From Kiritimatiellia bacterium (GTDB taxonomy: Bacteria; Verrucomicrobiota; Kiritimatiellia; RFP12; UBA1067), in assembly GCA_050949565.1 (NCBI GenBank), contig JBMNFY010000009.1, positions 1 through 39,651 of the forward strand: DNA of 39,651 nucleotides, read 5' to 3'. The notes below the pieces were generated by a model. The model had not been told where the DNA came from and did not search any database. It saw nothing but the letters and a program-made list of their open reading frames with translations. The position numbers and the translations under genes are program-made. Below are positions 17,958-28,148 of this stretch, one piece after another. Each line of letters begins with the position of its first letter. Positions within the stretch are counted from its first letter, which is position 1.

Positions 17958-18275
17958 TTAGTCCAGGCTCTTGCCCGTAGCCTTGGATTTACGCACCACC
18001 TTGTCGCCCTCGCGGACGCGGCGGATGCGGACGCCCTTTTTCGCGTCTGGATCGTAGGGCATCAGATTGGAAAGGTCGATCGGGGCCTCGCGGTCCACGA
18101 AACCGCCTTCGGGGGCGGTCTGCGAGCGGCGGATAGCCTTCTTCACCATATTCAGGCCCTGCACCACCGCCTTGCCCTTCTTGGGCAACACGCGCAGCAC
18201 CTTGCCTGTCTTTCCGGCGCTTTCGCCAGCAATGGCGATCACCGTATCGTTCTTCTTGATTCTAGCAACACTCAT
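17958..18275 (-). CDS. rplX: 50S ribosomal protein L24
   Basis: IKKNDTVIAIAG..AGKTGKV, EAPIDLSN. Confidence 0.97.
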   Translation of the reverse strand: MSVARIKKNDTVIAIAGESAGKTGKVLRVLPKKGKAVVQGLNMVKKAIRRSQTAPEGGFVDREAPIDLSNLMPYDPDAKKGVRIRRVREGDKVVRKSKATGKSLD

Positions 18276-18357
18276 GTTGTTTCCTAACCCGTAACCGTTT
18301 TGACGGCCGCCGCCCTGCGCGGGCAGGGACCCTCATCGGCGTTACGGCCTTCACTGC

Positions 18358-18723
18358 TTAGACCACTTCCGGTGCCAGCGAAATGATCTTCATGTAGTTC
18401 CTGTCGCGCAACTCACGGGCGACAGGTCCGAAAATGCGGGAACCGATCGGGTTCATCTTGTTGTCCACGATCACGCACGCATTCTGGTCGAACCGGACAT
18501 ACGAACCGTCGTCGCGACGGATGGGTTGGCCCGTACGGACGATAACCGCCGTGCAGACCTGGCCCTTCTTGATCGCGCTGGCCGGCGTCGCTTCCTTAAT
18601 GGCCACGCGCACGACATCGCCCAGACGGGCGTACTGCTTACGCTGGCCCAGAATACGGAAACACATCGCACGCTTAGCGCCGCTGTTGTCCGCGACCACC
18701 ATCATTGTTTGTTCTTGGATCAT
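18358..18723 (-). CDS. rplN: 50S ribosomal protein L14
   Basis: [28 protein letters not shown]. Confidence 0.98.
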   Translation of the reverse strand: MIQEQTMMVVADNSGAKRAMCFRILGQRKQYARLGDVVRVAIKEATPASAIKKGQVCTAVIVRTGQPIRRDDGSYVRFDQNACVIVDNKMNPIGSRIFGPVARELRDRNYMKIISLAPEVV

Positions 18724-18724
18724 G

Positions 18725-18994
18725 TCAATTCACCTCGGGCTTGCTGACAATGCGCCAGCGCTTCGTTGCGCTCAGCGGACGGGTTTCCGCGATGGTCACC
18801 ACGTCGCCCACCTGCGCGGTGTTGGCCTCGTCATGGGCGTGGAACTTCTTGAACCGGCGGATCACCTTGCCGTATATCGGATGGCGCTCACGGCGCTCGC
18901 TCTGCACGATCACCGATTTCTCGCCGCTCTTGCTCACCACGACGCCCTTGCGGACTTTGCGGCTGCCGCGTTTCTTTGTTGTCGTCTCGGCCAT
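18725..18994 (-). CDS. rpsQ: 30S ribosomal protein S17
   Basis: [22 protein letters not shown]. Confidence 0.98.
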   Translation of the reverse strand: MAETTTKKRGSRKVRKGVVVSKSGEKSVIVQSERRERHPIYGKVIRRFKKFHAHDEANTAQVGDVVTIAETRPLSATKRWRIVSKPEVN

Positions 18995-18996
18995 TT

Positions 18997-19191
18997 TTAC
19001 TTCGCCTCCCGCTCAGCTTTCACAGTCTTCATGCGCGCGATTTCACGGCGCATCGTACGCAGACGGGCCGGCTTTTCAATGCCGGCGCCCGACTTGTGCT
19101 TGATCCGCAGGTCATAGAGTTCCTGTGACCGCTCGCGGATCAGTTGGTCGAGTTCCGCCGCTCCGAGTTCTCTCATCTCTCTTGCTTTCAT
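18997..19191 (-). CDS. rpmC: 50S ribosomal protein L29
   Basis: MKAREMR...RREIARMKT; operon position. Confidence 0.95.
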   Translation of the reverse strand: MKAREMRELGAAELDQLIRERSQELYDLRIKHKSGAGIEKPARLRTMRREIARMKTVKAEREAK

Positions 19192-19212
19192 GGTTCCGTA
19201 AGCTCCCGTTGG

Positions 19213-19623
19213 TTAGCGGCGCGTGACGAGCTGCGTGCGGATGCCGAGCTTGGTGTCTGCCAAGCGCAGGCACTCACGCGCTACAGAGTCGGGCACGCCG
19301 TCAATCTCGAACAGTATCTTGCCGGGCAGAATCACGGCAACCCACAATTCGGGGTTGCCCTTACCGCCGCCCATACGCACTTCGATCGGCTTGCGGCTCA
19401 CGGACTTGTCAGGGAAGATGCGGATCCACAGCTTGCCTTTACGCCTCATCTCGCGGTTGATGACCACACGACAGGCTTCAATTTGCGTATTGGTGACCCA
19501 GCCGCGCTCCAGCGCCTTCAGCCCGAACTGGCCGTATGCCAGCTCAGCGCCGGACGTCGCAAAACCCGCGCGGTTTCCCTTGGTCTGCTTGCGGTACTTA
19601 ACCCGCTTAGGCATTAAGGGCAT
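19213..19623 (-). CDS. rplP: 50S ribosomal protein L16
   Basis: [23 protein letters not shown]. Confidence 0.98.
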   Translation of the reverse strand: MPLMPKRVKYRKQTKGNRAGFATSGAELAYGQFGLKALERGWVTNTQIEACRVVINREMRRKGKLWIRIFPDKSVSRKPIEVRMGGGKGNPELWVAVILPGKILFEIDGVPDSVARECLRLADTKLGIRTQLVTRR

Positions 19624-20284
19624 CTCTTCTCCTCCTTTGACCGCCGGTGCGGACCGGCTGGAAATCTTCCTTCTTGCAGATCCAGACCTTGACGCCGATC
19701 AGCCCCGCCGTGGTGTACGCCTCGGCAAAACCGTAATCGATGTTCGCACGCAACGTGTGCAGCGGGACCTTGCCCTGCTTGCTCCACTCGACGCGCGAAA
19801 TCTCAGCGCCGTTGATACGGCCGCTGCAGCGGATCTTGATCCCGTCGACGCCCATGTCCATGGCGACCTTCTCGGCGCGCTTCATGGCACGCTTGAGGCC
19901 CACACGGCGCTCGACCTGCTGCGCGATGTTCTCGGCGACCAACTGCGCGTTGGCGTCGGCATCGCGAACTTCGTGGATCTCGATGTAGATGTCTTTGCCG
20001 GTCTTCTTGGCGAGTTCCTGACGGATCTTGTCAATGTCCTGACCCTTGCGCCCGACCACAACGCCCGGACGGGCGGTGTACAGATTGATGCGCACGCGGT
20101 TGGCGTAACGCTCAATCAGGATCTTGGTGATCGCTGCGCTTTCGAGGCGCTTCTTGACCATTTCGCGGATCATCATGTCTTCGGCCAACAGTTCACCGAA
20201 CTGTTTCTTGTTGGCAAACCAACGGCTGCGCCATTCCTTGTCAACTGCGATCCGGAAACCGATAGGATTTACTTTTTGTCCCAC
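19607..20284 (-). CDS. rpsC: 30S ribosomal protein S3
   Basis: [23 protein letters not shown]. Confidence 0.98.
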   Translation of the reverse strand: MGQKVNPIGFRIAVDKEWRSRWFANKKQFGELLAEDMMIREMVKKRLESAAITKILIERYANRVRINLYTARPGVVVGRKGQDIDKIRQELAKKTGKDIYIEIHEVRDADANAQLVAENIAQQVERRVGLKRAMKRAEKVAMDMGVDGIKIRCSGRINGAEISRVEWSKQGKVPLHTLRANIDYGFAEAYTTAGLIGVKVWICKKEDFQPVRTGGQRRRRDALNA

Positions 20285-20295
20285 AGTTCTGCTCC

Positions 20296-20640
20296 TTAGA
20301 TGTCGTCACGACCGTCAGTCAGGACAACCTTGCAATGACACAGCCTTCTGGCGATCGGGCTCGCGCTTCCGCGAGCACGCGGCCAGAACCGGCGCATGCG
20401 CGTCCCCTCGTCAAACACGCACAGACTGACCTTGAGCGTGTCGACATCGAGGTTCGCATTGTTCCGCGCGTTGGCGATCGCCGACTTGAGCGTCTTGCTC
20501 AGGATGGTCGCCGCTTTGCGCGGACTAAATTCAACGATCTGCAGGGCGGCGGACACCGGCAACCCCTGGCACTTGCGCGCCAGCGGGCGGCCTTTCCGCG
20601 CCGACATCCTGACGTTTCGGGTAATGGCAGTCACTTCCAT
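20296..20640 (-). CDS. rplV: 50S ribosomal protein L22
   Basis: [20 protein letters not shown]. Confidence 0.97.
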   Translation of the reverse strand: MEVTAITRNVRMSARKGRPLARKCQGLPVSAALQIVEFSPRKAATILSKTLKSAIANARNNANLDVDTLKVSLCVFDEGTRMRRFWPRARGSASPIARRLCHCKVVLTDGRDDI

Positions 20641-20655
20641 TATTCTCAGACTCCG

Positions 20656-20937
20656 TTATTTCGCGGCACCCTTATCTGTATGGATGCCGTGCGTCTTAAA
20701 GGTTCGCGTCGGAGCGAACTCGCCCAAGCGGTGCCCTACCATGTTCTCGGTGATGAAAATCGGCACATGCTGCTTGCCATTGTGGATGGCGAACGTATGC
20801 CCGACGAAATCCGGCAGAATCATCGAGCGGCGCGACCAAGTCCTGATCGGCTGCTTCCTGCCGGACGCGTTCATTTTCTCGACTTTATCGAGCAGGCTCT
20901 TCTCTACGTAAGGGCCTTTCTTGATAGACCGTGCCAT
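20656..20937 (-). CDS. rpsS: 30S ribosomal protein S19
   Basis: [28 protein letters not shown]. Confidence 0.98.
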   Translation of the reverse strand: MARSIKKGPYVEKSLLDKVEKMNASGRKQPIRTWSRRSMILPDFVGHTFAIHNGKQHVPIFITENMVGHRLGEFAPTRTFKTHGIHTDKGAAK

Positions 20938-20940
20938 GCG

Positions 20941-21765
20941 TTACTTTCTCCGCTTCACAATAAACTTGCTGCTGGTCTTCCGGCGGCTGCGCGTCTTGCC
21001 GCCCTTCGCCAGCTTGCCCCAAGGCGACCGCGGGTGACTGCCGCCAGACGTACGGCCTTCGCCACCGCCCATCGGATGGTCAACCGGGTTCATCGCCACG
21101 CCGCGCACCGTCGGGCGGATGCCCAGCCAGCGCTTGCGCCCCGCCTTGCCCAGATTGATGCTGCTCCACTCGGAATTGCCGACCTGGCCGACCGTCGCCA
21201 TGCACTTGCCCAGCACGCGGCGCACCTCGCCGGAGGGCAGACGCAACGTGACGAAATCGCCGTCGCGCGCCATCACCTGGCAGCTATTGCCCGCCGAACG
21301 GGCCAGCTTGCCGCCCTGACCGGGCACCAGCTCAATGTTGTGCACGAATAACCCCAGCGGAATCAGCGACAGCGGCAGGCAGTTGCCCACGCTCGGCTCG
21401 GCTTCCGGCCCCGCCATCACGGCGTCGTTCACCTTCAAGCCCTGCGGCGCGAGGATGTAGCGCTTCTCGCCATCGACGTACTTCAGCAACGCCAGATTGG
21501 CGGAGCGGTTCGGATCGTAGGCGATCGCCTCGACGCGCGCCGGGATGCCGATCTTGTTGCGACGGAAATCCACGATGCGGTAACGACGCTTGGCGCCGCC
21601 GCCGCGGTGGCGGGTCGTGATGCGCCCCTGATTGTTGCGCCCAGCCTTACGCTTCTTCGCCTCGGTCAACCTGCGGACAGGTTTGACCTCGGTGATCTCT
21701 TTGAAATCCGACGCGACGCGGTGTCGCACACCCGGACTTCTCGGTTTAAATGTCTTGAGCCCCAT
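20941..21765 (-). CDS. rplB: 50S ribosomal protein L2
   Basis: [33 protein letters not shown]. Confidence 0.98.
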   Translation of the reverse strand: MGLKTFKPRSPGVRHRVASDFKEITEVKPVRRLTEAKKRKAGRNNQGRITTRHRGGGAKRRYRIVDFRRNKIGIPARVEAIAYDPNRSANLALLKYVDGEKRYILAPQGLKVNDAVMAGPEAEPSVGNCLPLSLIPLGLFVHNIELVPGQGGKLARSAGNSCQVMARDGDFVTLRLPSGEVRRVLGKCMATVGQVGNSEWSSINLGKAGRKRWLGIRPTVRGVAMNPVDHPMGGGEGRTSGGSHPRSPWGKLAKGGKTRSRRKTSSKFIVKRRK

Positions 21766-21790
21766 GGCTTTTTATCCTTTCCGACGGCAG

Positions 21791-22072
21791 TTAACTGACG
21801 CTCTCAATGCGCTCGCCCGCCTTGACTGTCACGATCGCGCGCTTCCAGCCGGGATCGCGGACGACACGCCGGTTCTTCAGGGTACGCAACGCGCCCTTGT
21901 AGTTCTGGGTTCTGACCGCCAGCACATGCACGCCGAAATGCTTTTCAACGGCCTGCTTGATCTCGATCTTGTTCGCTTTGGGAGCGACCTCGAGAATGTA
22001 CTGGTTCTCGTACGCCAGCTTCGTGCCTTTTTCTGTGATCTGCACCTTGCGGATGATTCCTGCATGCTTCAT
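21791..22072 (-). CDS. rplW: 50S ribosomal protein L23
   Basis: ITEK, ANKIEIKQAVE..F.V.V, WKRAIVT. Confidence 0.97.
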   Translation of the reverse strand: MKHAGIIRKVQITEKGTKLAYENQYILEVAPKANKIEIKQAVEKHFGVHVLAVRTQNYKGALRTLKNRRVVRDPGWKRAIVTVKAGERIESVS

Positions 22073-22713
22073 GCGCTCACCTCCGTCTTCTTCCTCATGC
22101 GCGCCGTCAGCGCCTCAAACCCCGCCTTGGTGGCCACCAGCGTGCGGTACAAAAGCAATGAATATACATCAACTTCTGCCGCACTGACAACCTCAACCTT
22201 CTGGAGGTTCCGGGCCGCCAACATCACCTTCTCCTCGTGCTGATCCAGCACGATCAACACTGAGCGATCCAAACCCAGCTTCGCCAGCAGCGCTTTCAAC
22301 AGCTTGGTCTTCGGCTCGGCCAGATCAATCGTGTCGATCACCATCGTCTGCCCCCCGGCGATCTTCTCGCTCAGGGCGCGTGTGAAGGCGAGCTGCTGCA
22401 CCTTGCGGTTGATCTTCTGCGAGTAGTCGCGCGGCTTAGGCCCGAAGGCCACGCCGCCGCCACGCCACACCGGGCTCTGGCGGTATCCCGCGCGGGCACG
22501 GCCAGTGCCCTTCTGCCGCCACGGCTTCTTGTTGCTGCCGGCAACCTCGCCCTTGCTCAGCGTCGAGGCCGTGCCGGCGCGGTAGGCGTTACGAATCGCC
22601 ACCACCACGTCCTTGACAGCCTGCTCGCCCTTTTCCAACTCCAGCCGCTCTTTAGCGAACGTCATCTCGCCCGCTGGCTCACCGGCCGGATTAAAAACTT
22701 TGATCGTACTCAT
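22069..22713 (-). CDS. rplD: 50S ribosomal protein L4
   Basis: [28 protein letters not shown]. Confidence 0.98.
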   Translation of the reverse strand: MSTIKVFNPAGEPAGEMTFAKERLELEKGEQAVKDVVVAIRNAYRAGTASTLSKGEVAGSNKKPWRQKGTGRARAGYRQSPVWRGGGVAFGPKPRDYSQKINRKVQQLAFTRALSEKIAGGQTMVIDTIDLAEPKTKLLKALLAKLGLDRSVLIVLDQHEEKVMLAARNLQKVEVVSAAEVDVYSLLLYRTLVATKAGFEALTARMRKKTEVSA

Positions 22714-22728
22714 CTCGGCTCTCCACCC

Positions 22729-23352
22729 TTACTTCTTCAGGGCTTTCCTGATAATGACCACGCCGCCCTTGGGCCCCGGCACCGAGCCGGCCACCAGCAG
22801 CAGGTTATCCTCGCCGCGGACTTCCACGACGGCCAGATTACGCGCCTTGCGATTGACCGCGCCCATCTGGCCCGGCATACGCCTGCCCTTCCTGACCAGG
22901 CCCGGCCTGCGCGCACCGATACTGCCGATGCGGCGCTTCGAGTGGCCGCCATGGGTCATCGCGCCGCCGCCCATACGGTAACGCCGCATCACGCCCGCGA
23001 AGCCGCGGCCCTTGGTGACGCCCGAGACGTCGACGTACTTGACACCCTCAAAGATGTTGACCGTCACCGTGTCGCCCGCCTTGACCTCCGTGCCCTCGTC
23101 GAACGCGAACTCTTTGGTCATCTTGCAGGGCTTGACCCCGGCCTTCTCGAAGTGCTTCACCTCGGCCTTGGCCAGGCGCGAAGGCTTCTGCTCTTCAAAG
23201 CCGAGCTGCGCCGCGCGGTAGCCGTCGGTCTCAGGCGTCTTCACCTGCACGACCGGGCACGGGCCCGCCTCAAGCACAGTCACAGCAATCCGACGCCCCT
23301 GGTCATCAAAGACCTGCGTCATCCCAATTTTTCTGCCTAAAATGCCTTCCAT
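22729..23352 (-). CDS. rplC: 50S ribosomal protein L3
   Basis: GRKIGMTQVF, KGRGFAGV, GSVPGP. Confidence 0.98.
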   Translation of the reverse strand: MEGILGRKIGMTQVFDDQGRRIAVTVLEAGPCPVVQVKTPETDGYRAAQLGFEEQKPSRLAKAEVKHFEKAGVKPCKMTKEFAFDEGTEVKAGDTVTVNIFEGVKYVDVSGVTKGRGFAGVMRRYRMGGGAMTHGGHSKRRIGSIGARRPGLVRKGRRMPGQMGAVNRKARNLAVVEVRGEDNLLLVAGSVPGPKGGVVIIRKALKK

Positions 23353-23365
23353 GGTGTCACCGTCC

Positions 23366-23674
23366 TTAGATTCGAATTGTGATGTCCACGCCAGCCGGCA
23401 GGTTCAGTTTCTTGAGCTCGTCGACGGTCTTCGCCGTCGGGCCCACGATATCCAACAACCGTTTGTGCGTGCGCATCTCGAACTGGTCCATGGACTTCTT
23501 GTCCACGTGAGGGCTGCGGTTGACCGTGAACCGTTCAATCCTCGTAGGCAGAGGAATCGGTCCCACAACCTGGGCCCCCGTGCCGCGCGCCGTGTCGATG
23601 ATCTCGCTCACGGCCTGATCCAGCACCCTGTGATCGTACGCCTGCAAACGAATGCGTATACGCTGACTTTGCAT
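23366..23674 (-). CDS. rpsJ: 30S ribosomal protein S10
   Basis: [35 protein letters not shown]. Confidence 0.98.
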   Translation of the reverse strand: MQSQRIRIRLQAYDHRVLDQAVSEIIDTARGTGAQVVGPIPLPTRIERFTVNRSPHVDKKSMDQFEMRTHKRLLDIVGPTAKTVDELKKLNLPAGVDITIRI

Positions 23675-23681
23675 TCTAACG

Positions 23682-25820
23682 TTACCTGTTCAGTAGTTGT
23701 TCTCTTACCGTCCGCGGCACGACCGCAAATTCGCCGGGCTCCATCGTATAGCTGGCGCGGCCGCGCGAGAGCGACCGGATTGCGGTTGAGTACCCGAAAA
23801 GTTCTGCCAACGGCACCTGCGCGCGCACGATCTGCATGTCTCCACGCGTCGTCATGTCGCGCACCGAACCGCGGCGGCCGTTAATGTCCCCCATGATGTC
23901 GCCGACATAGTCGGCAGGCGTCACGATGTCGAGGGACATGATCGGCTCCAGCAACTCCGGCGCGGCGGCCAAAGCCGCCTCGCGGAACCCCATCACGGCC
24001 GCGGTCCTGAAAGCCACGTCTGTCGCCGTTTCCTCATCCGAGACGGCCACGTCCGTCACGGTCGCCAGCACGTCCGTCACCGGATAGCGCGCCAGCACCC
24101 CGGTCAGGATGCCGTCTGTCAATCCCTGCTCCACGCACTCGGCCAGCTTCCCGTCAGGGAGCTGACGGCGCGCGGCGGCGGAAATCGCCACCGCATGCCC
24201 GCTGCCCCGCTTCTGAGGAGCCACCTCAACCGTCACCTTGGCGCAATGCCGCTTCCCGCCCAACTCGCGGTCAAAGAGGTATTCGCTCCTGCCCGTGGTT
24301 GTGACGGTTTCGTAGTACGACACCATCGGACGGCCTGTGTTCGCTTCACACTTGAACTCGCGGCGCAGACGGTCCACCAGAACTTCCAGGTGCAACTCGC
24401 CCATGCCGCTTAAAATCGTCTGCCCCGTCTCCGCATCCACACGCACCTGGCAGGTCGGGTCCTCTGCTGCCAACTGTGCCATGGACTGCTCCAGCTTCTC
24501 TTTGTCCGCGCGCGACCGGGGCTCGATCGCAATGAACATCACCGGCTCCGGCACCGTGATGCGCTCTAAATAAACCGGCTGGTGCTCCGCGCAGAGCGTA
24601 TCGCCGGTGGTGGCTTCCTTGAGCCCCACAATCGCGCCGATCTCACCCGGCCCCAGCGCCTCAACTTCAATCTGGTCATCCGCGAAAAGCCGCACCAGCT
24701 TCAAAATCCGCTCACGCTTGCGACTGCGCGGGTTGTAAACATTCTGCCCCTTCTTCAGCGTGCCGGCATACACCCGCACAAAGAAGAGCCGCCCCACATA
24801 CGAATCCGTCGCAATCTTAAAAATCAACGCGGTCAACGGCGCCGACGCGCTCTGCTCGCGCGTCACCTTGTTCCCGCTCTTCAGGTCCGTGGCCTCCACC
24901 GGCGGACGGTCAAGCGGCGACGGCAAATACCACACCACCGCATCCAGCAACTGCTGCACACCCTTGTTGCGCAGCGAAGAACCGCACAGCACCGGCACGA
25001 CCTTGCCGGCGATCGTCGAACGCCGCAACGACGCGCGCAGCACCTCCGCCGACAACTCCGGATTCTCGAAATAGGCCTCCATCAACGTATCGTCGGCCTC
25101 GGCCGCCTGCTCGCACAGCACGGCGCGCGCCGCAACAGCGGCCTCCCTCAACTCGGCGGGAATCTCCGACGCGCTGACGCCGCGCCCCTCGGTGCCATCG
25201 TCATACGTCAATGCGCGCATCTCCAAAAGATCAATCACGCCGCTGAACGTCTCTGTTTTGCCGATCGGCAATTGCACGCACACCGGATTGGCATGCAGCA
25301 GCGAGCGGATCTCCGACACACAGGCCTCAAAATCGGCGCCCATGCGATCCATCTTATTGATGAACGCAATCCGCGGCACATGATAGCGATCCGCCTGACG
25401 CCAGACCGTCTCAGACTGCGGCTGCACCCCGCCGACGGCACAAAAAACGCCCACCGCGCCGTCCAACACGCGCAATGAGCGTTCAACCTCTATCGTAAAA
25501 TCGACGTGACCGGGCGTGTCGATCAAATTGATCTGCACATCCTGCCAGAAGCAAGTGATGGCGGCGCTGGTAATCGTAATGCCGCGTTCGCGCTCCTGGA
25601 TCATCCAGTCGGTGACAGTGTTGCCTTCGTCTACATTGCCGAGACGGTGCGTGCGCCCTGCATAAAAAAGAATGCGCTCAGTCGTCGTGGTCTTGCCCGC
25701 GTCGATGTGGGCCACGATGCCGATGTTCCGGATCCCGCAAAGCGAGACATCGCCGCCGACCGGCATACCGCCGGCCGCAGCCATACGCTCTCTGTCTGCC
25801 TTGCTTTCCAAGACGCTCAC
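23682..25820 (-). CDS. fusA: Elongation factor G family GTPase, divergent (EF-G2/recycling-type features)
   Basis: [43 protein letters not shown]; degenerate domain IV loops. Confidence 0.93.
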   Translation of the reverse strand: MSVLESKADRERMAAAGGMPVGGDVSLCGIRNIGIVAHIDAGKTTTTERILFYAGRTHRLGNVDEGNTVTDWMIQERERGITITSAAITCFWQDVQINLIDTPGHVDFTIEVERSLRVLDGAVGVFCAVGGVQPQSETVWRQADRYHVPRIAFINKMDRMGADFEACVSEIRSLLHANPVCVQLPIGKTETFSGVIDLLEMRALTYDDGTEGRGVSASEIPAELREAAVAARAVLCEQAAEADDTLMEAYFENPELSAEVLRASLRRSTIAGKVVPVLCGSSLRNKGVQQLLDAVVWYLPSPLDRPPVEATDLKSGNKVTREQSASAPLTALIFKIATDSYVGRLFFVRVYAGTLKKGQNVYNPRSRKRERILKLVRLFADDQIEVEALGPGEIGAIVGLKEATTGDTLCAEHQPVYLERITVPEPVMFIAIEPRSRADKEKLEQSMAQLAAEDPTCQVRVDAETGQTILSGMGELHLEVLVDRLRREFKCEANTGRPMVSYYETVTTTGRSEYLFDRELGGKRHCAKVTVEVAPQKRGSGHAVAISAAARRQLPDGKLAECVEQGLTDGILTGVLARYPVTDVLATVTDVAVSDEETATDVAFRTAAVMGFREAALAAAPELLEPIMSLDIVTPADYVGDIMGDINGRRGSVRDMTTRGDMQIVRAQVPLAELFGYSTAIRSLSRGRASYTMEPGEFAVVPRTVREQLLNR

Positions 25821-25934
25821 CCTTCACCCTGACTTTTCAAAGAACAGCGGATTTTCCGGCAACCCTGCCGGCTTATCCTAAAACGGGCTCAACCGCCCGC
25901 GAAATTCGCCTCTTTGCGTCGAACAAAGGCGAGT

Positions 25935-25963
25935 AAATTAGCAAATTGGCTTACGCTAGGCAA
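25935..25963 (-). promoter_or_regulatory. Putative promoter of the fusA-S10-spc transcript
   Basis: TTGCCT-17-TAATTT with TGn extension. Confidence 0.55.
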
Positions 25964-25993
25964 GCGCGAAGTTTTGCGAATTTTTGCGCCCGT

Positions 25994-26118
25994 TTTGGAG
26001 TGCGGTGACAAGAGCCGCGCTGTGCGCGGGTCGCGGCACCGCTTTTGCGCGTAGCCTTGCCCCGCACCCCGGCTCAAAAAGCGGCGTCGCGCGGAATACC
26101 GCTTTGCCGCCGCACTCC
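25994..26118. repeat. REP/MITE-like element (repeat C copy 1) with terminal IR GGAGTGCGG/CCGCACTCC
   Basis: Terminal inverted repeats 25997-26005 and 26110-26118; first ~92 bp repeated at 27053-27145. Confidence 0.8.
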
Positions 26119-26145
26119 AGATTTTTTCGCGAGCCGTGCAACACC

Positions 26146-26984
26146 TCACGGCCGCACGACCCGATAAAACCGCGAAGGCACGGTATTGGTATCCGAGACC
26201 TCCGTGACCGCGCCGGTGGCGGCAAAAGTTCCGAGACTCGCCCACGCCGCATTCGTCAGACTGTCGCGACACTCCAGACGGAACGAGGCAAGATTCGTCA
26301 CCGCAATCTGAAAGCGGACAACATTCGTCCCGTCAGACAAAGCCTCTGTGCTCAAACCGAGAGGTTTCAAAGTAGGCACCACATACCACCCAGAAATATC
26401 CCCCGCAGACAAAGTCCCCGCGCCTGTTTGAAATGCTTGGAAATTAGAGACGCAAACGTCACCTATCCTCTCACCAGATTCTGCAATCAAAAGCCCCGTT
26501 TCAGGATCATAAGTGCCATAATTTCCATTTCCATTGAGATCGACAAAGGCTTCCCAACGACCATTGTCTGCGAAAGGATAATTTGCAGTTTGCCCAGCTA
26601 CAAAACCCCAATAATTCTCATCATCTACGTTAAAATAACCACTAGCCGAACCACCAGAACCATCCAAACCTCCGACAGCAGCGTAAGAAACATATCCTCC
26701 CCCCAAATCAATCCCCATAAAGTAGACTAAACTAAATGCAGGATTATCGACAATAATATTTCCATTTTGATCTCTGAAAGTTATCGAATGGGCCACATAA
26801 GTAACCGATTGCCCTTGCGGATTTGATTGGCTGGCATTGGGCACAATATCTTCAAAAGACCCCACTCAATCGGCTCCGCCTTCGCCTCTTTGACGCCGAA
26901 CACGGCACCCGCTCCGACCATTCCCGCCAGAGCCAGATGTTTCAGTGCGCTCCGCGCCATCATGCTAAAACCCCCAACATTCAT
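26146..26984 (-). pseudogene. Secreted protein with conserved C-terminal '...W...RFYRVV' domain, frameshifted at a G4 run (26860-26863)
   Basis: The signal-peptide ORF (26781..26984) joins the 26146..26865 ORF if one G is added: ...AKAEPIEWG-SFEDIVPN. Confidence 0.7.
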
Positions 26985-27023
26985 GCCTCAAGTATACCCC
27001 ATCCGCCCCCACCTTTCACCCCC
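26973..27023 (-). promoter_or_regulatory. Promoter/start module E copy 1 (leaderless-type)
   Basis: GTGAAA-17-TATACT-6 nt-ATG; 51 bp identical to 28010-28060. Confidence 0.65.
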
Positions 27024-27052
27024 TATTTTTCAATAAGTTTGGGTGTACGAAA

Positions 27053-27184
27053 TTTGGAGTGCGGTGACAAGAGCCGTGCTGTGCGCGGGTCGCGGCACCG
27101 CTTTTGCGCGCAGCATTGCCGCCGAACCCCTGCTCAAAAGGCGGCTCGTGGGGACACTCGCCCTCCACGCTTCGTGTCTTCGCG
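27053..27184. repeat. Repeat C copy 2 fused to repeat D copy 1
   Basis: 27053-27145 matches 25994-26085; 27129-27184 matches 29302-29357. Confidence 0.85.
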
Positions 27185-27517
27185 CACAGCGCAACAAGGC
27201 TCTGAAGAAGCTTTCGGGACAGTCTCGCCTGCCATGAGTGCGGCAACACCGCGCATGTCCACGCCCGTTTCGAAGAGCGCCCGCAGAGCCAAGTCGATGC
27301 TGACAGAGGGATCGCCCCTTTCAATGAACGAAAAACGGCTCTGGCTGGTTCCCAGCGCCTTGGCCATGCTGGCCTGGGAGAGCCCGAGCGCAAGCCGTCG
27401 CTCACGGACGGCGCGGGTGAGCACGGCCTTGGTTTCAATATAAGCCGCCTCCGCGTCGGTGAGCCCGAGCAGTTCCTGCGCACTACCCTCAACCCACCCC
27501 TTTCCGATCTCTTTCAT
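27134..27517 (-). CDS. XRE-family HTH antitoxin (HigA-like)
   Basis: RRLALGLSQASMAKALGTSQSRFSFIERG; ATGA overlap with the toxin stop. Confidence 0.85.
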   Translation of the reverse strand: MKEIGKGWVEGSAQELLGLTDAEAAYIETKAVLTRAVRERRLALGLSQASMAKALGTSQSRFSFIERGDPSVSIDLALRALFETGVDMRGVAALMAGETVPKASSEPCCAVREDTKRGGRVSPRAAF

Positions 27518-27843
27518 TTTGCGTCCCTCCTGTGGTAATCGCGCAACCGCCGTGCGCACCGCGTCAGAATTGTTTGTGGCGTCGTCCGGGTCGTTTTCTT
27601 GAACACGTCCAAGACAACAATCGCCTCAGGCGTAACCGCGTAGACGAGCCGCCATTCACCGCCCGTGTCGGTCACGCGCAACTCGTGACACCCCGCGCCG
27701 ATGTCGGGCATAGGCCTTGACTGCGGCATGGAAAGCGCCTCGCCGTCCTGAACCAGCCGCAACAGGAAACCCATCTCTTTTCGCGCGGCCGTGGTCATTG
27801 GCGGGGTCTTCACTTCGCCATATAGCCACCGAAGCGGTTTCAT
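27514..27843 (-). CDS. RelE/ParE-superfamily toxin (HigB/Gp49-like)
   Basis: SRPMPDIGAGCHELRV...WRLVY......VVLDVFKKTTRTTP; toxin-first gene order. Confidence 0.88.
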   Translation of the reverse strand: MKPLRWLYGEVKTPPMTTAARKEMGFLLRLVQDGEALSMPQSRPMPDIGAGCHELRVTDTGGEWRLVYAVTPEAIVVLDVFKKTTRTTPQTILTRCARRLRDYHRRDAK

Positions 27844-27849
27844 AAGGCT

Positions 27850-27880
27850 TATATTATCCCTTTTTTGATATAACCGTCAA
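27850..27880 (-). promoter_or_regulatory. Putative TA promoter/operator
   Basis: TTGACG then AT-rich GATAATAT just before the ATG; imperfect palindrome TATATC-N8-GATAAT overlaps the spacer. Confidence 0.45.
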
Positions 27881-27907
27881 GTGCGTTGTCAGGGGCGTAG
27901 TTTGACA

Positions 27908-28060
27908 TTAGACTTTTCGTGTTCCTAGCATCTGTTTCGCCAGAGCCAGATGTTTCAGCGCGCTCCTCGTCCTCTTCGAGACTCGCATCCGCGTCATCAT
28001 GATGACCCTCCCAACATTCATGCCTCAAGTATACCCCATCCGCCCCCACCTTTCACCCCC
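27908..28060 (-). pseudogene. Module E copy 2: promoter plus truncated 37-codon signal-peptide remnant paralogous to the 26984 gene
   Basis: MNVGRVIMMTR...RSALKHLALA versus MNVGGFSMMARSALKHLALA, then diverges and stops. Confidence 0.65.
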
Positions 28061-28148
28061 ATTTTCCGTTTTTGCGTTTTTGCGTTTTTGCGTTCGGCCT
28101 TGTCCTCGTCCAAGCACACAGGTATCATACCGCTATCAAGGAAAAGGC

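Noticed and set aside
15344-23681. Absence of rpmD (between rpsE and rplO) and of tuf (between fusA and rpsJ)
   Set aside because: Real, but a known arrangement in PVC-group bacteria; used only as a taxonomic hint
13530-25478. Long plus-strand ORFs opposite secY, ribosomal genes and fusA
   Set aside because: Antisense shadows typical of high-GC coding DNA; no recognisable motifs
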